Positions 29,785 to 39,250 are shown, numbered from the stretch's first letter. The stretch is 64,000 nt of DNA from Bacillota bacterium (GCA_017889545.1 JAGFZV010000007.1:82435-146434); one strand, 5' to 3'. Notes: generated by a model not told the origin, from the letters alone. Numbers and translations: made by a program.

Positions 29785-30006
29785 ATGATTACAGCGGAAA
29801 ATATTGCCCGTATCAATGAGTTGGCGCGCAAAAGCCGCGAGACAGGGCTAACGGCTGAAGAGCTCACCGAGCAAGCCATGCTCCGGCGTCTCTATATCGA
29901 TCACATGAAAGCGCAGGTAAAAGCCCAGCTTGACACGATCAAACCTGAACATCACCATGACAACTGCAGTTGCGGATGTCACCATGACAAAAATGACCGT
30001 TCATGA
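29785..30006 (+). CDS. DUF896 (YnzC/UPF0291) protein with His/Cys-rich tail
   Basis: IARINELARK...GLT.EE..EQ..LRR.YI signature; tail EHHHDNCSCGCHHD. Confidence 0.88.
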   Translation: MITAENIARINELARKSRETGLTAEELTEQAMLRRLYIDHMKAQVKAQLDTIKPEHHHDNCSCGCHHDKNDRS

Positions 30007-31180
30007 TAAAAACGACGCGATAGTTTCACAACCAAATAACCGCTGCACATCTCAAATGATTTTGTTAACCCTAGGTCACTTTTTTAGTGATTTCTACAAT
30101 AATTTTTTACCCGGCTTGCTGCCAACAGTCATAGCCGCTTTAGGGATGTCGCTGACTACCAGCGGACTTCTTGTCATGGTGTATGCCATCACATCAAGTA
30201 TTCTTCAACCTTTTTTTGGTTATTATATTGATAAAAGCGGTTATTCCTGGCTAGTATTGATTACCTTGCCCATCAGCGCCGTTTTTATCTGTACGGCAGG
30301 GTTAGCGCCTACTATCTCGGCGCTTTTTTTGTTTATCACGTTCGCCGGGCTGGGTTCAGCTCTTTTTCACCCGCTTGGTTCCAGTATGATGGGCAAAATC
30401 ACGCCGCTTGAACATAAAGGACTTGCGATGGCAATGTTCATTGGCGGCGGGAATATCGGCGTGGCCATTGCGCCGGCTATTGTTATCTATCTTATCTTTC
30501 ATTACGGCGTAAACAGTTTACCGTGGATGATCCTGCCCGCACTTGCTTTGACCATCGCTTATTATGCGTACAATACGCATCGCATCCCCATTGCCGCTCC
30601 ACAAATGGATCTCGATCCCAATGCTCCGGCCTGGTATAGATCCGTAGGCATTCTCAAGCTAAATGCGGTCATGGGACTTCGTTCCTGGGCGCAAGTGGCG
30701 ATCCCGACTTTCTTGCCGGTTTGGGTTGTCCAACAAGGTCAAGCTCCCACGGTGGCCGCAACCATGATCACAATTTTCCTCTTCGGGGGAGCCATCGGCA
30801 GCGTTGCCGGGGGCTATATCGGCGACCATTTCGGACGCAAAAACTGCATTTTATGGTCCCTGGTCTTCTGTTTGCCGACACTATACCTATTCCTGACGAG
30901 CAGCGAAATCTCAGCACTCACTTGGTTTCTGTTGTTTTTCAGCGGCGCTGCCTTGCAAAGCGCGTTGCCGGCTTCCATTATCTGGGCTCAGGAAATGATC
31001 CCGAACAACGCCGCAATGGCCTCAGGGATGATGCTCGGTCTCTCATTCGGCCTTGGCGGTCTGGGTGCGGCGATTACCGGGGCAATGGCTGATGTAATTG
31101 GCCTGCAGTCCGCGCTTGTATTCTCTTTGCTTCCTTTGGCACTGTCCATCCCTTTGACGTATAGTATTTCAGAAAAATAA
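29993..31180 (+). CDS. MFS transporter, Fsr (fosmidomycin resistance)-like
   Basis: GHF..D.Y, QP.FG...D, GSALFHP, GGNIG.A..P, GGYIGD.FGRK motifs; start uncertain (29984/29993/30056). Confidence 0.85.
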   Translation: MTVHDKNDAIVSQPNNRCTSQMILLTLGHFFSDFYNNFLPGLLPTVIAALGMSLTTSGLLVMVYAITSSILQPFFGYYIDKSGYSWLVLITLPISAVFICTAGLAPTISALFLFITFAGLGSALFHPLGSSMMGKITPLEHKGLAMAMFIGGGNIGVAIAPAIVIYLIFHYGVNSLPWMILPALALTIAYYAYNTHRIPIAAPQMDLDPNAPAWYRSVGILKLNAVMGLRSWAQVAIPTFLPVWVVQQGQAPTVAATMITIFLFGGAIGSVAGGYIGDHFGRKNCILWSLVFCLPTLYLFLTSSEISALTWFLLFFSGAALQSALPASIIWAQEMIPNNAAMASGMMLGLSFGLGGLGAAITGAMADVIGLQSALVFSLLPLALSIPLTYSISEK

Positions 31181-31270
31181 TGATTGAATAATCCTGCTGG
31201 AGATTCGGAGTTGTTTGGAAACAAACAATCTTCCGGATCTTTTTATATATTTTCACAAAACCGGTCAAAT

Positions 31271-31299
31271 TTGAAATATTGGTTGATGAGTACTATAAT
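31271..31299 (+). promoter_or_regulatory. SigA promoter of the activator gene
   Basis: TTGAAA-N17-TATAAT. Confidence 0.65.
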
Positions 31300-31349
31300 A
31301 AAGAGAGACATGAAAATATTACCACTTTCTATCTTGGGAGGCGATTGCA

Positions 31350-33104
31350 ATGTCTTCTTTAGCACAGATTAAAGATGTCGTGCAACAATTCGCAGAAGCT
31401 TTCAGTGCAACGCTAAAAGTCAATGTGGAAGTCTTTGACCAGATCGAACGGATTGCCGGAACAGGAACTGCCAAGCAATTAATAGGATGGCCGCTGCTGC
31501 CAACCGGAATTGTTAGAAAGCGAATATATGAAGATGGATTAAAAAAATTTATATTTGACAATCCTGGTCAGGATATTTCCTGTCAGCCTTGTCCCCGCCG
31601 AAACTGCTGCCATTATAAAAAGGCAGTACATGCCGCTTTGGAACATAATAACAAAATTATCGGCATCATCGGTATTGTAGCCGAAAATGATGAACAAGAA
31701 AAATTGATTGAATATAATAATTATTCCATGCTCAATCTTGTTGATAAAATAGCGAATTTAATAACGGCCAAAGTCGAAGAGCATCAAATATTAAAACAGG
31801 TTAAAACCTATGCAGAACTTATGCACGTGGCAACAAATGCCATTGATAAGGGTATGCTTATGCTTGACAATGAACTTCGAATTATCGATATAAATGATTA
31901 TTTGATCAATAAATTAGTGTTACAAAGAAAATTCGTATTACACCAGCATGTGCGTACCATATTGCCGTCATTAATACTTTATAAAAACGCTTCAGCGCAG
32001 TTGAATATTGAACAACAGGAAATCGTATATTCTGTCAACAACAAATACATCTATCTTATCTGCACTTTGAAGCCCATTAGCATCAACAATGAATTAACTG
32101 GCTGCCTCTGCTTAATTGAAGACTATAAAGACACCACAGAACGGGCATACGCCACTATTACAAAGCAGCAGCCGATCTACTTGAGTGATATTATTGGTTT
32201 AGACCAACAATTCACCGATTTCAAAAATACTGTCAAGAATGTGTCCTTAAACGGTTCAACCATTTTACTCACAGGAGAGACCGGCACCGGCAAAGAATTG
32301 TTTGCCAGAGCCATACATTCAGAAAGTTCTAGAAGTAACGGTCCTTTTGTTACAATTAATTGCGGCGGAATTCCAGAGACATTGTTAGAAAGTGAATTGT
32401 TCGGATATGAAAAAGGGGCTTTTACCGGAGCAAACAGTATGGGTAAACACGGAAAATTTTTTATGGCTAACAAAGGTACATTATTTCTTGATGAAATTGA
32501 AGCCCTGCCTCTTTATCTCCAGCCAAAACTGCTGCGTGTAATCGAAAGCAAAGAGATCGAAAGGATCGGCGGAGTGCGAACCATTCCGATCGACGTCCGA
32601 ATTGTTGCCGCAACAAATGTTATGTTGGATGAAATGGTGCAGAAAAAGGAATTTAGGGAAGATTTATTTTACCGACTCAATGTCGTTGCTTTATTTATTC
32701 CGCCATTGCGAGACCGAAAAACGGATATTCTCGTATTAACTGAACATTTTATAAAAAAATTTTCAGCTAAATTCAATAAAAATATTATTGGATTGAGCGA
32801 TCCTGTAAATCATATATTTTGTACTTATCATTGGCCTGGAAATGTACGAGAATTGCAAAATGCAATTGAGTATGCGATCAATATGGAACAAAGCCATTAT
32901 ATAACAGTTGAAAATCTACCGATGCAATTGAAAAATAGACAAAAAGAAGATCATGCACATACATTGCATGGAATGGAACTGGATAATCTCAAGCAAGCAT
33001 TAGATCGATTTGGCTGGACAGAAGCTGGAAAAATCGAAGCCGCAAACTATTTAGGAATCAGTCGTTCCACTATCTATCGAAAAATAAAAAAATTTAATTT
33101 GTAA
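31350..33104 (+). CDS. Sigma54-dependent activator, YgeV/UacR-like (sensor-PAS-AAA+-HTH)
   Basis: GETGTGKE, ESELFGYEKGAFTGA, LFLDEI, FREDLFYRLNV, WPGNVRELQN, HTH LGISRSTIYRK; N-terminal RIAGTG and CxxCxxxxCC. Confidence 0.93.
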   Translation: MSSLAQIKDVVQQFAEAFSATLKVNVEVFDQIERIAGTGTAKQLIGWPLLPTGIVRKRIYEDGLKKFIFDNPGQDISCQPCPRRNCCHYKKAVHAALEHNNKIIGIIGIVAENDEQEKLIEYNNYSMLNLVDKIANLITAKVEEHQILKQVKTYAELMHVATNAIDKGMLMLDNELRIIDINDYLINKLVLQRKFVLHQHVRTILPSLILYKNASAQLNIEQQEIVYSVNNKYIYLICTLKPISINNELTGCLCLIEDYKDTTERAYATITKQQPIYLSDIIGLDQQFTDFKNTVKNVSLNGSTILLTGETGTGKELFARAIHSESSRSNGPFVTINCGGIPETLLESELFGYEKGAFTGANSMGKHGKFFMANKGTLFLDEIEALPLYLQPKLLRVIESKEIERIGGVRTIPIDVRIVAATNVMLDEMVQKKEFREDLFYRLNVVALFIPPLRDRKTDILVLTEHFIKKFSAKFNKNIIGLSDPVNHIFCTYHWPGNVRELQNAIEYAINMEQSHYITVENLPMQLKNRQKEDHAHTLHGMELDNLKQALDRFGWTEAGKIEAANYLGISRSTIYRKIKKFNL

Positions 33105-33130
33105 GCCACCGATCTATCTTCACAATTAGA

Positions 33131-33182
33131 AAAACGTTATTTGCCTGATTGATTCAATCAGGCAAATGACGTTTTTCTTTTT
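33131..33182 (+). terminator. Intrinsic terminator after the activator gene
   Basis: AAAACGTTATTTGCCTGATTG..CAATCAGGCAAATGACGTTTT followed by a T-rich tail. Confidence 0.75.
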
Positions 33183-33194
33183 CATCACAACCCA

Positions 33195-33261
33195 TGATAT
33201 GAGATGGTATCTCATATCAATATGACATGTCATCTCATGTCGCGTTGACATGAGATGACAT
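33195..33261. promoter_or_regulatory. Putative enhancer (UAS) palindromes for the sigma54 activator
   Basis: TGATATGAGAT-ggt-ATCTCATATCA (33195-33219) and ATGTCATCTCATGTC-gcgtt-GACATGAGATGACAT (33227-33261), about 100-160 bp upstream of the -24/-12 element. Confidence 0.7.
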
Positions 33262-33355
33262 AATTTGCACACTAAATTTTTGTTCATGGAACTTATTTTC
33301 CTCGCAAACCTTGAAGAACAACGGTATTATTTGTATTTTTTGAAAATTCATTTAT

Positions 33356-33372
33356 TTGGCACATAATATGCA
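33356..33372 (+). promoter_or_regulatory. Sigma54 -24/-12 promoter
   Basis: TTGGCAC-ATAAT-ATGCA; GG (33358-59) and GC (33370-71) are 12 nt apart. Confidence 0.85.
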
Positions 33373-33421
33373 TTACTAACAAGTGATTGTATATAACATT
33401 CATTGTAAAGGAGGTTTTTGG

Positions 33422-34993
33422 ATGGCAAAGTTTATGACCGCCGAAGAAGCCGTACAACTCATAAAAAATGCTGATACGGTAGCCATCTCTGGATTTTTAG
33501 GCATGGGCCACCCAGAAGAAATTTCATTGGCAGTCGAAAAAAAATTTTTAGAAACCGGCACCCCACACGATCTTACTCTGACCTTTGGCGCCAGTCAGAA
33601 TGACGGCAAAGGAAATTGGGGACTCAACCGCTGGGGAAAAGAAGGATTGGTCAAACGCATCATAGCCGGTCATTGGGGTTTGCAACCCGACATGGTAAAA
33701 CTGGCAACGGAAAACAAAGTTGAAGCCTATAATTTCCCTCAGGGTGTAATGATGCATCTATATCGGGCCATTTCCGGTAAAAAACCAGGAATTTTAACTC
33801 ATGTTGGTCTAAAAACATTTGTTGATCCACGGGAAAAAGGCGGAAAATTGAATGACAAAACAATAGACGATTATGTCAGCGTTATGAAAATAGACGGAAA
33901 AGACTATTTATTCTACAAGTCATTCCCTATTGATGTTACGATCATTCGAGGAACAACAGCGGATGAAAAAGGAAATATTACGATCGAAAAAGAAGGAATT
34001 GCACTTGAATTTTTAACTTTGGCGCTGGCAGCGCGGGCATGCGGCGGCATTGTTATTGCCCAAGTAGAAAGAGTAGTAAAATCCGGAACGTTAGACGCGA
34101 TGCAAGTGAAGGTTCCCGGCATCATGGTAGACGCCATTGTCGTTGCTGCACCTGAGAACCATTGGCAGTCTACCGCAGAACCCTATGATCCGGCCTTGTC
34201 GGGAAATATCAAGATCCCTTTGGACAGCATACCGCCATTATCATTGAACGAACGAAAAATCATCTGCCGCCGGTGCGCAATGGAACTGATGCCAAATTCA
34301 GTTGTCAATTTAGGTATTGGCATGCCGGAGGGCGTTGGGTCAGTTGCAGCGGAAGAAGGTTTTTGCGACTCCCTCACTATGTCGGTTGAGCCTGGTGTAA
34401 TTGGCGGCGTCCCGCAAGGTGGAAAGCGTTTTGGCTGTTCAGTAAATCCAGAAGCGATCATTGATCATCCCTATAGCTTCGATTTTTATGATGGCGGCGG
34501 TTTAGATCTGACGGTGCTTGGCATGGCGGAAATGGATCAAAAAGGAAACGTAAATGTCAGTAAATTCGGACCGAAAATTGCCGGTGCCGGAGGATTTATC
34601 AACATCACCCAAAGTACAAATAACGTCATTTTCTGTGGAACAATGACTGCCGGTGGATTAAAGCTGGGCGTAAGAGATGGAAAACTTTTAATTTTACAGG
34701 AGGGAAAAATTAAAAAGCTGGTCAACGAAGTTGAACAAATTACCTTCAGCGGCGATTACGGCAGAGAAAGCGGCCAAAAAATTCTTTATGTAACAGAAAG
34801 AGCAGTGTTTGAACTACGGCCAGAAGGCGTAACCCTGACTGAAATAGCCCCTGGTATTGATTTGGAAAAAGATGTTTTAGGTCAAATCAATTTTCGACCT
34901 AAAATTTCATCAACGCTTGCAATAATGGATCCACGGATTTTCCAGGACGAACCAATGCAGCTCAAAAATGATATTATGGCAAAAATTGAATAA
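33422..34993 (+). CDS. Single-chain family I CoA-transferase (propionate CoA-transferase/YdiF type)
   Basis: GHWG, AYNFPQG, GLKTFVDPR..GG, RGTTADEKGN, NLGIGMP, catalytic Glu in VEPG, FDFYDGGG, GNVNVS, GGFINI, YVTERAVF. Confidence 0.92.
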   Translation: MAKFMTAEEAVQLIKNADTVAISGFLGMGHPEEISLAVEKKFLETGTPHDLTLTFGASQNDGKGNWGLNRWGKEGLVKRIIAGHWGLQPDMVKLATENKVEAYNFPQGVMMHLYRAISGKKPGILTHVGLKTFVDPREKGGKLNDKTIDDYVSVMKIDGKDYLFYKSFPIDVTIIRGTTADEKGNITIEKEGIALEFLTLALAARACGGIVIAQVERVVKSGTLDAMQVKVPGIMVDAIVVAAPENHWQSTAEPYDPALSGNIKIPLDSIPPLSLNERKIICRRCAMELMPNSVVNLGIGMPEGVGSVAAEEGFCDSLTMSVEPGVIGGVPQGGKRFGCSVNPEAIIDHPYSFDFYDGGGLDLTVLGMAEMDQKGNVNVSKFGPKIAGAGGFINITQSTNNVIFCGTMTAGGLKLGVRDGKLLILQEGKIKKLVNEVEQITFSGDYGRESGQKILYVTERAVFELRPEGVTLTEIAPGIDLEKDVLGQINFRPKISSTLAIMDPRIFQDEPMQLKNDIMAKIE

Positions 34994-35005
34994 GGAGGAC
35001 AAATC

Positions 35006-36142
35006 GTGAATTTCACTTTCACAGAAGATCAGGAACTCATCCGAGCTATGGTTCGGGAATTTGCTCAGGCAGAAATTGCACCGAGATCAGCCCATCTGGA
35101 CGAAACCGGAGAATTTCCTGCTGACACCATGCAACGACTAGCTGAGCTAGACCTTACCGGAATGCCTTATCCGCAGATATATGGCGGTGCTGCCGCAGAT
35201 TATGTCAGTTACGCCATTGTTATCGAAGAAATTTCACGCGCCTGTTCGTCTACCGGGGTCATTCTTGCCGTTCATACTTTGGCCGGAATTCCGATTTATC
35301 AATTCGGGACGGAGGAACAAAAACAACTCTGGCTGCCGAAGCTCATTGGGTACCAGGCCTTAGGAGCGTTTGCCATCACTGAACCCGCAGCAGGCAGCGA
35401 TGCCGGCTCACTGCAAACAACGGCAGTGCCGGCTGGAGATAGCTATATATTAAACGGCACCAAGACATTTATCACAAACGGCGCTGAAGCAGGAATATTC
35501 ATCGTCATGGCTTTGACCAAAACCGGTATTGGAACAAAAGGAATTAGTGCTTTTATTGTCGAGAAAGGCACGCCCGGATTTACTATCGGTAAGCATGAAA
35601 GAAAGATGGGCATCCGTGGCAGCAGTACTACCGAACTGATTTTTGCCAACTGCCGGATCCCAAGCGCAAATCGGATAGGGAAAGAAGGTGACGGCTTTAA
35701 AATTGCAATGGCTGCTCTCGACGGCGGTCGCATCAGCATTTCCGCCCAGTCAACAGGGATTGCGCAGGCCTGTTTGGATGAAGCAATTGCTTATTCCAAA
35801 GAACGCGTACAATTTAACCGGCCGATTTCGTCCAATCAGGCCATTCAGTGGATGCTGGCAGAGATGGCTGCCGACATCAGCGCAGGCAGACTATTAACCT
35901 ACAAAGCGGCTTACCTGAAGCAAATCGGCAAACCGTTCACTATGGAGGCAGCCATGGCCAAACTATTCGCATCCCAAATGGCGGTGCGCTGTGCCACAAA
36001 GGCAGTACAAATTCATGGCGGCTACGGCTATATTAAAGATTTTAAAGTAGAACGTCTTTATCGGGATGCGCGCATTCTCGAGATTTACGAAGGTACTTCC
36101 GAGGTGCAAAAAATGGTTATTGCCGGCAACCTCTTGCGGTGA
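35006..36142 (+). CDS. Acyl-CoA dehydrogenase, short-chain/butyryl-CoA DH-like
   Basis: FAITEPAAGSD, LNGTKTFITNG, KMGIRGS, LDGGRI, QIHGGYGY, ERLYRDA, IYEGT (catalytic Glu present); GTG start after AAGGAGG. Confidence 0.93.
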   Translation: MNFTFTEDQELIRAMVREFAQAEIAPRSAHLDETGEFPADTMQRLAELDLTGMPYPQIYGGAAADYVSYAIVIEEISRACSSTGVILAVHTLAGIPIYQFGTEEQKQLWLPKLIGYQALGAFAITEPAAGSDAGSLQTTAVPAGDSYILNGTKTFITNGAEAGIFIVMALTKTGIGTKGISAFIVEKGTPGFTIGKHERKMGIRGSSTTELIFANCRIPSANRIGKEGDGFKIAMAALDGGRISISAQSTGIAQACLDEAIAYSKERVQFNRPISSNQAIQWMLAEMAADISAGRLLTYKAAYLKQIGKPFTMEAAMAKLFASQMAVRCATKAVQIHGGYGYIKDFKVERLYRDARILEIYEGTSEVQKMVIAGNLLR

Positions 36143-36175
36143 TACATAAATTAAATTAACAGGAGGAGAAAAGTT

Positions 36176-37786
36176 ATGGCATTGAAAACAAAAGAACAGT
36201 ATCAGGAGAGCATCCGAAATCGAAAACCGATGGACGTTTGGTTTCTCGGCGAAAAGGTTGACGATGTGACTACCTTCCCCCCGTTGGCGGCCAGCTTTGC
36301 AGCCATATCAAAAGTATATGAGTTAACTGGCGACCCTGGTTGGAAGGATATGCTCACAACAACGTCGCACCTTACCGGCGAAACCGTCAGTATTTACAAT
36401 GCACCGCTGCAATCGGCAGAGCAAGCCAATAACAAAACCCGCGCAGCGCGTGCTTTAGCCGAGGTAATCGGTTGCTGTACACATCGTTGTACCGGTTCGG
36501 AAGGGTTTGCCGGTTTAGGTCCCTGTACCTATGACATGGACCATGATTTGGGAACAAATTATTTCGAACGTTTTACCAAATTTATGGAATATGTACAATC
36601 GAATGATTACAGCTGCACTGTCACCGTAACTGACGTAAAAGGGCTGCGCACCTTGCCTCCGAATAAGCAGCCGGATCGGGATATGTATGTTCATATCGAT
36701 GAATATCGCAAGGACGGAATTGTTATCAGCGGTTATAAAGCAAATCAAACCGGAATTTTATTTGCTCATGAAGTAATTATTGTTCCCACAACAGCCATGA
36801 AACCGGAAGATAAGGATTTTGCTGTAGCGTGTGCAATTCCTGCTGATGCTCCCGGAATTACCTATGTATTGGGCCGTACTCCGCAAGACAAACGTTTCTT
36901 TGAAGTAAACGAAGATATTGAAGGCATTGACCTTGGAAAAATGTACGCTGACCATCAAGCACTTGCTTATTTTGATCATGTATTTGTTCCAAACGAAAGA
37001 GTGTTTTTATGCGGTGAAACCGAATATGTCGGCCGTCTGTTAAATTACTTTACGGCTGTTCATCGTTTGACGGCTGGTGGCTGCAAGGCTGGCGGCTGCT
37101 CGGCATTAGCCGGTGCAACCAGCCTAATTTCCGACATGATTGGGGTTAATAAAGCCGGCCATATTAAAGAAAAATTATCAGAAATGGCAATGACGGCAGA
37201 AACATGCTACGGTCTTTCTCTGGCTGCCGGGACTGAAGGCTTTAAACATCCCAGCGGATTTTGGATCCCCAATCCATTGCTTGCCCATACCACAAAATTC
37301 ACATGCACCTCAGCGCCCTTCAATGCAGTCCGTACTGCACGCGAAATTATCGCCGGAACCGGCGAAACTGCCTGTTCCGAATTAGACATGCGTAATCCGA
37401 CAATCGGCAAAATGGTTCAAAAAGCATTCAATCCCGGCAATCCTGCATATGACGCCTTTGACCGTTTAAGAGCCACCCGTTTTGTAGAACATATGGTTCG
37501 AGGATCCAACTGGACAGCGATGGCCTTGCATGGCGGCGGCAACTCCGAAGCTGCTCGTATGATGGCTGGCCGCTTTACTGATTGGAAACATTTGCAGGAC
37601 ATGGTTAAAGTAGCTACCGGAATTGAAAAAGACCCCATCTTTTGCAAAGATGTGTTGGATTCCATCGGCAGGCGCGCGGGACGAATTGATACTACACTGG
37701 ATCTGCCTACTATGAGTGACGTACCCGTTGAAAGTAAAAAAGTAGTTTTTGAAAAAAGAGAGCTTGTGGGATCCGGAAAAAAATAA
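36176..37786 (+). CDS. Divergent 4-hydroxybutyryl-CoA dehydratase/vinylacetyl-CoA isomerase (AbfD/HpaB fold) FAD/[4Fe-4S] protein
   Basis: EQY.ES, CTHRC, TD.KG.R, G.KA.QTG, FD.VF.P..R.FL, HR...GGCK, LHG.G motifs align with AbfD; catalytic residues differ (see findings). Confidence 0.85.
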   Translation: MALKTKEQYQESIRNRKPMDVWFLGEKVDDVTTFPPLAASFAAISKVYELTGDPGWKDMLTTTSHLTGETVSIYNAPLQSAEQANNKTRAARALAEVIGCCTHRCTGSEGFAGLGPCTYDMDHDLGTNYFERFTKFMEYVQSNDYSCTVTVTDVKGLRTLPPNKQPDRDMYVHIDEYRKDGIVISGYKANQTGILFAHEVIIVPTTAMKPEDKDFAVACAIPADAPGITYVLGRTPQDKRFFEVNEDIEGIDLGKMYADHQALAYFDHVFVPNERVFLCGETEYVGRLLNYFTAVHRLTAGGCKAGGCSALAGATSLISDMIGVNKAGHIKEKLSEMAMTAETCYGLSLAAGTEGFKHPSGFWIPNPLLAHTTKFTCTSAPFNAVRTAREIIAGTGETACSELDMRNPTIGKMVQKAFNPGNPAYDAFDRLRATRFVEHMVRGSNWTAMALHGGGNSEAARMMAGRFTDWKHLQDMVKVATGIEKDPIFCKDVLDSIGRRAGRIDTTLDLPTMSDVPVESKKVVFEKRELVGSGKK

Positions 37787-37818
37787 AGAAATTTTTCCTG
37801 TAATATAAAATGCTTCTC

Positions 37819-37854
37819 TTAGGAGGAACGACTATCGTAAGCCGTTCCTCCTAA
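37819..37854 (+). terminator. Intra-operon hairpin (partial terminator or mRNA stabiliser) before the transporter gene
   Basis: TTAGGAGGAACG..CGTTCCTCCTAA 12-bp stem, no strong U tract. Confidence 0.5.
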
Positions 37855-37916
37855 TGCACTCACATAAAAAAACAGTATCACTTGCAGTCTTAAAAATTCT
37901 TGAATGGGGGGATAAA

Positions 37917-39239
37917 ATGGACAAGGTTGCAACTAACCCTAAAGGTCTCGATACTACATTGGTTGCACAAATGCTCCGGCTTCGGTGGTACATTTATGGA
38001 ATATTGTGTCTAGGCTATTTTTTGGTCTATTTTCACAGAGTTTCTACTGCCGTAGTAGCACCCGAATTAACTGAGGCATTTGGATTAACTGCAGCTAGCC
38101 TGGGACTGCTAAGTTCTGCTTATTTTTATCCTTATGCATTGGCACAAATTCCTTCAGGAATATTAACTGATTATTTAGGTCCAAGAAAAACAGTTACGTT
38201 TTTTATTCTTGTTGCTGCAATTGGCGCTTTTCTCTTTGGTACAGCCTCAACATATTCTTGGGCTATTGTGGGCCGGTCATTAGTGGGTCTCGGTGTTGCT
38301 TTCATCTATATTCCGGTTATGAAGATTCTTGCTGAATGGTTTCGCCAGCATGAGTTTGCAACACTCACCGGTCTGCTGTTATCCGTCGGCAATATTGGCG
38401 CTCTTTCGGCCGCTGCGCCGCTCAGCCTGCTGGTTGGAGCGGCCGGATGGCGAAATTCATTTATTTATATTGGAGCAGTTACTGTAATATTGGCCATTGG
38501 TTGTTGGTTAATTATTCGTAACAAGCCGCAAGATATGGGCTTGCCGACTGTCTACGACATAGACGGATCTGCACCTCCGGCAGGTTCTACAGATTCACTG
38601 ACACTCAAAGAATCCATGAAGCTTATTGTCAGCAACCGAAATTTTTGGCTGTTATCTCTATGGTATTTCGTATTTTATGGTACGGTAATGGGTTTTCAAG
38701 GCTTATGGGCCACACCGTATCTTATCGACACGCAATCGTTAGCCAAACCAGCGGCAATACAAATTTTAACTTACATCGCATTAGGAATGATTTGCGGATG
38801 CCCTCTCTCTGGTTATCTGTCTGACCGTGTGCTGCATTCCCGTAAAAAAGTACTAATCATTGGCACTGTCTTATATACTTTTTCTTGGTTGCTTCTTATA
38901 GTCATATCCAACTCACAGCCCGCCTTCATCCCCTATCTCTTTTTTGCTATGGGCTTCTTCGGCGGTTTTTTTGTCGTAATTTATGCTTGGTTTAAAGAAT
39001 TGATGCCTTCAAAAATCGTTGGTACTGCAATTGGCGCAATGAACTTCTTTCCGTTTGTCGGCGGAGCTATTTTCCAACAAATAATGGGCAGTATTATTGG
39101 CTCTTATCAACGCATCAACGGCGCCTATCCATTGGATGCATATATTAATTCTTTTTGGTTCTGTTTTGCTTCTTTGGCAATCGTTACCATCGCGATACCC
39201 TTTGCTTCGGAAAATCAGAGTTTAAAACGGAAAGCTTGA
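37917..39239 (+). CDS. MFS transporter (organic anion type)
   Basis: YFHRVS, YFYPYA..QIPSGILTDYLGPRK, EWF, GNIG, AGWR, GYLSDR motifs; ~12 TM segments. Confidence 0.9.
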   Translation: MDKVATNPKGLDTTLVAQMLRLRWYIYGILCLGYFLVYFHRVSTAVVAPELTEAFGLTAASLGLLSSAYFYPYALAQIPSGILTDYLGPRKTVTFFILVAAIGAFLFGTASTYSWAIVGRSLVGLGVAFIYIPVMKILAEWFRQHEFATLTGLLLSVGNIGALSAAAPLSLLVGAAGWRNSFIYIGAVTVILAIGCWLIIRNKPQDMGLPTVYDIDGSAPPAGSTDSLTLKESMKLIVSNRNFWLLSLWYFVFYGTVMGFQGLWATPYLIDTQSLAKPAAIQILTYIALGMICGCPLSGYLSDRVLHSRKKVLIIGTVLYTFSWLLLIVISNSQPAFIPYLFFAMGFFGGFFVVIYAWFKELMPSKIVGTAIGAMNFFPFVGGAIFQQIMGSIIGSYQRINGAYPLDAYINSFWFCFASLAIVTIAIPFASENQSLKRKA

Positions 39240-39250
39240 TCATCTGTTAA

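Noticed and set aside
36176-37786. 4-hydroxyphenylacetate 3-monooxygenase (HpaB) call
   Set aside because: Same fold, but the Cys/His Fe-S ligands, CoA-transferase context, anaerobic host and absence of a flavin reductase favour the AbfD branch.
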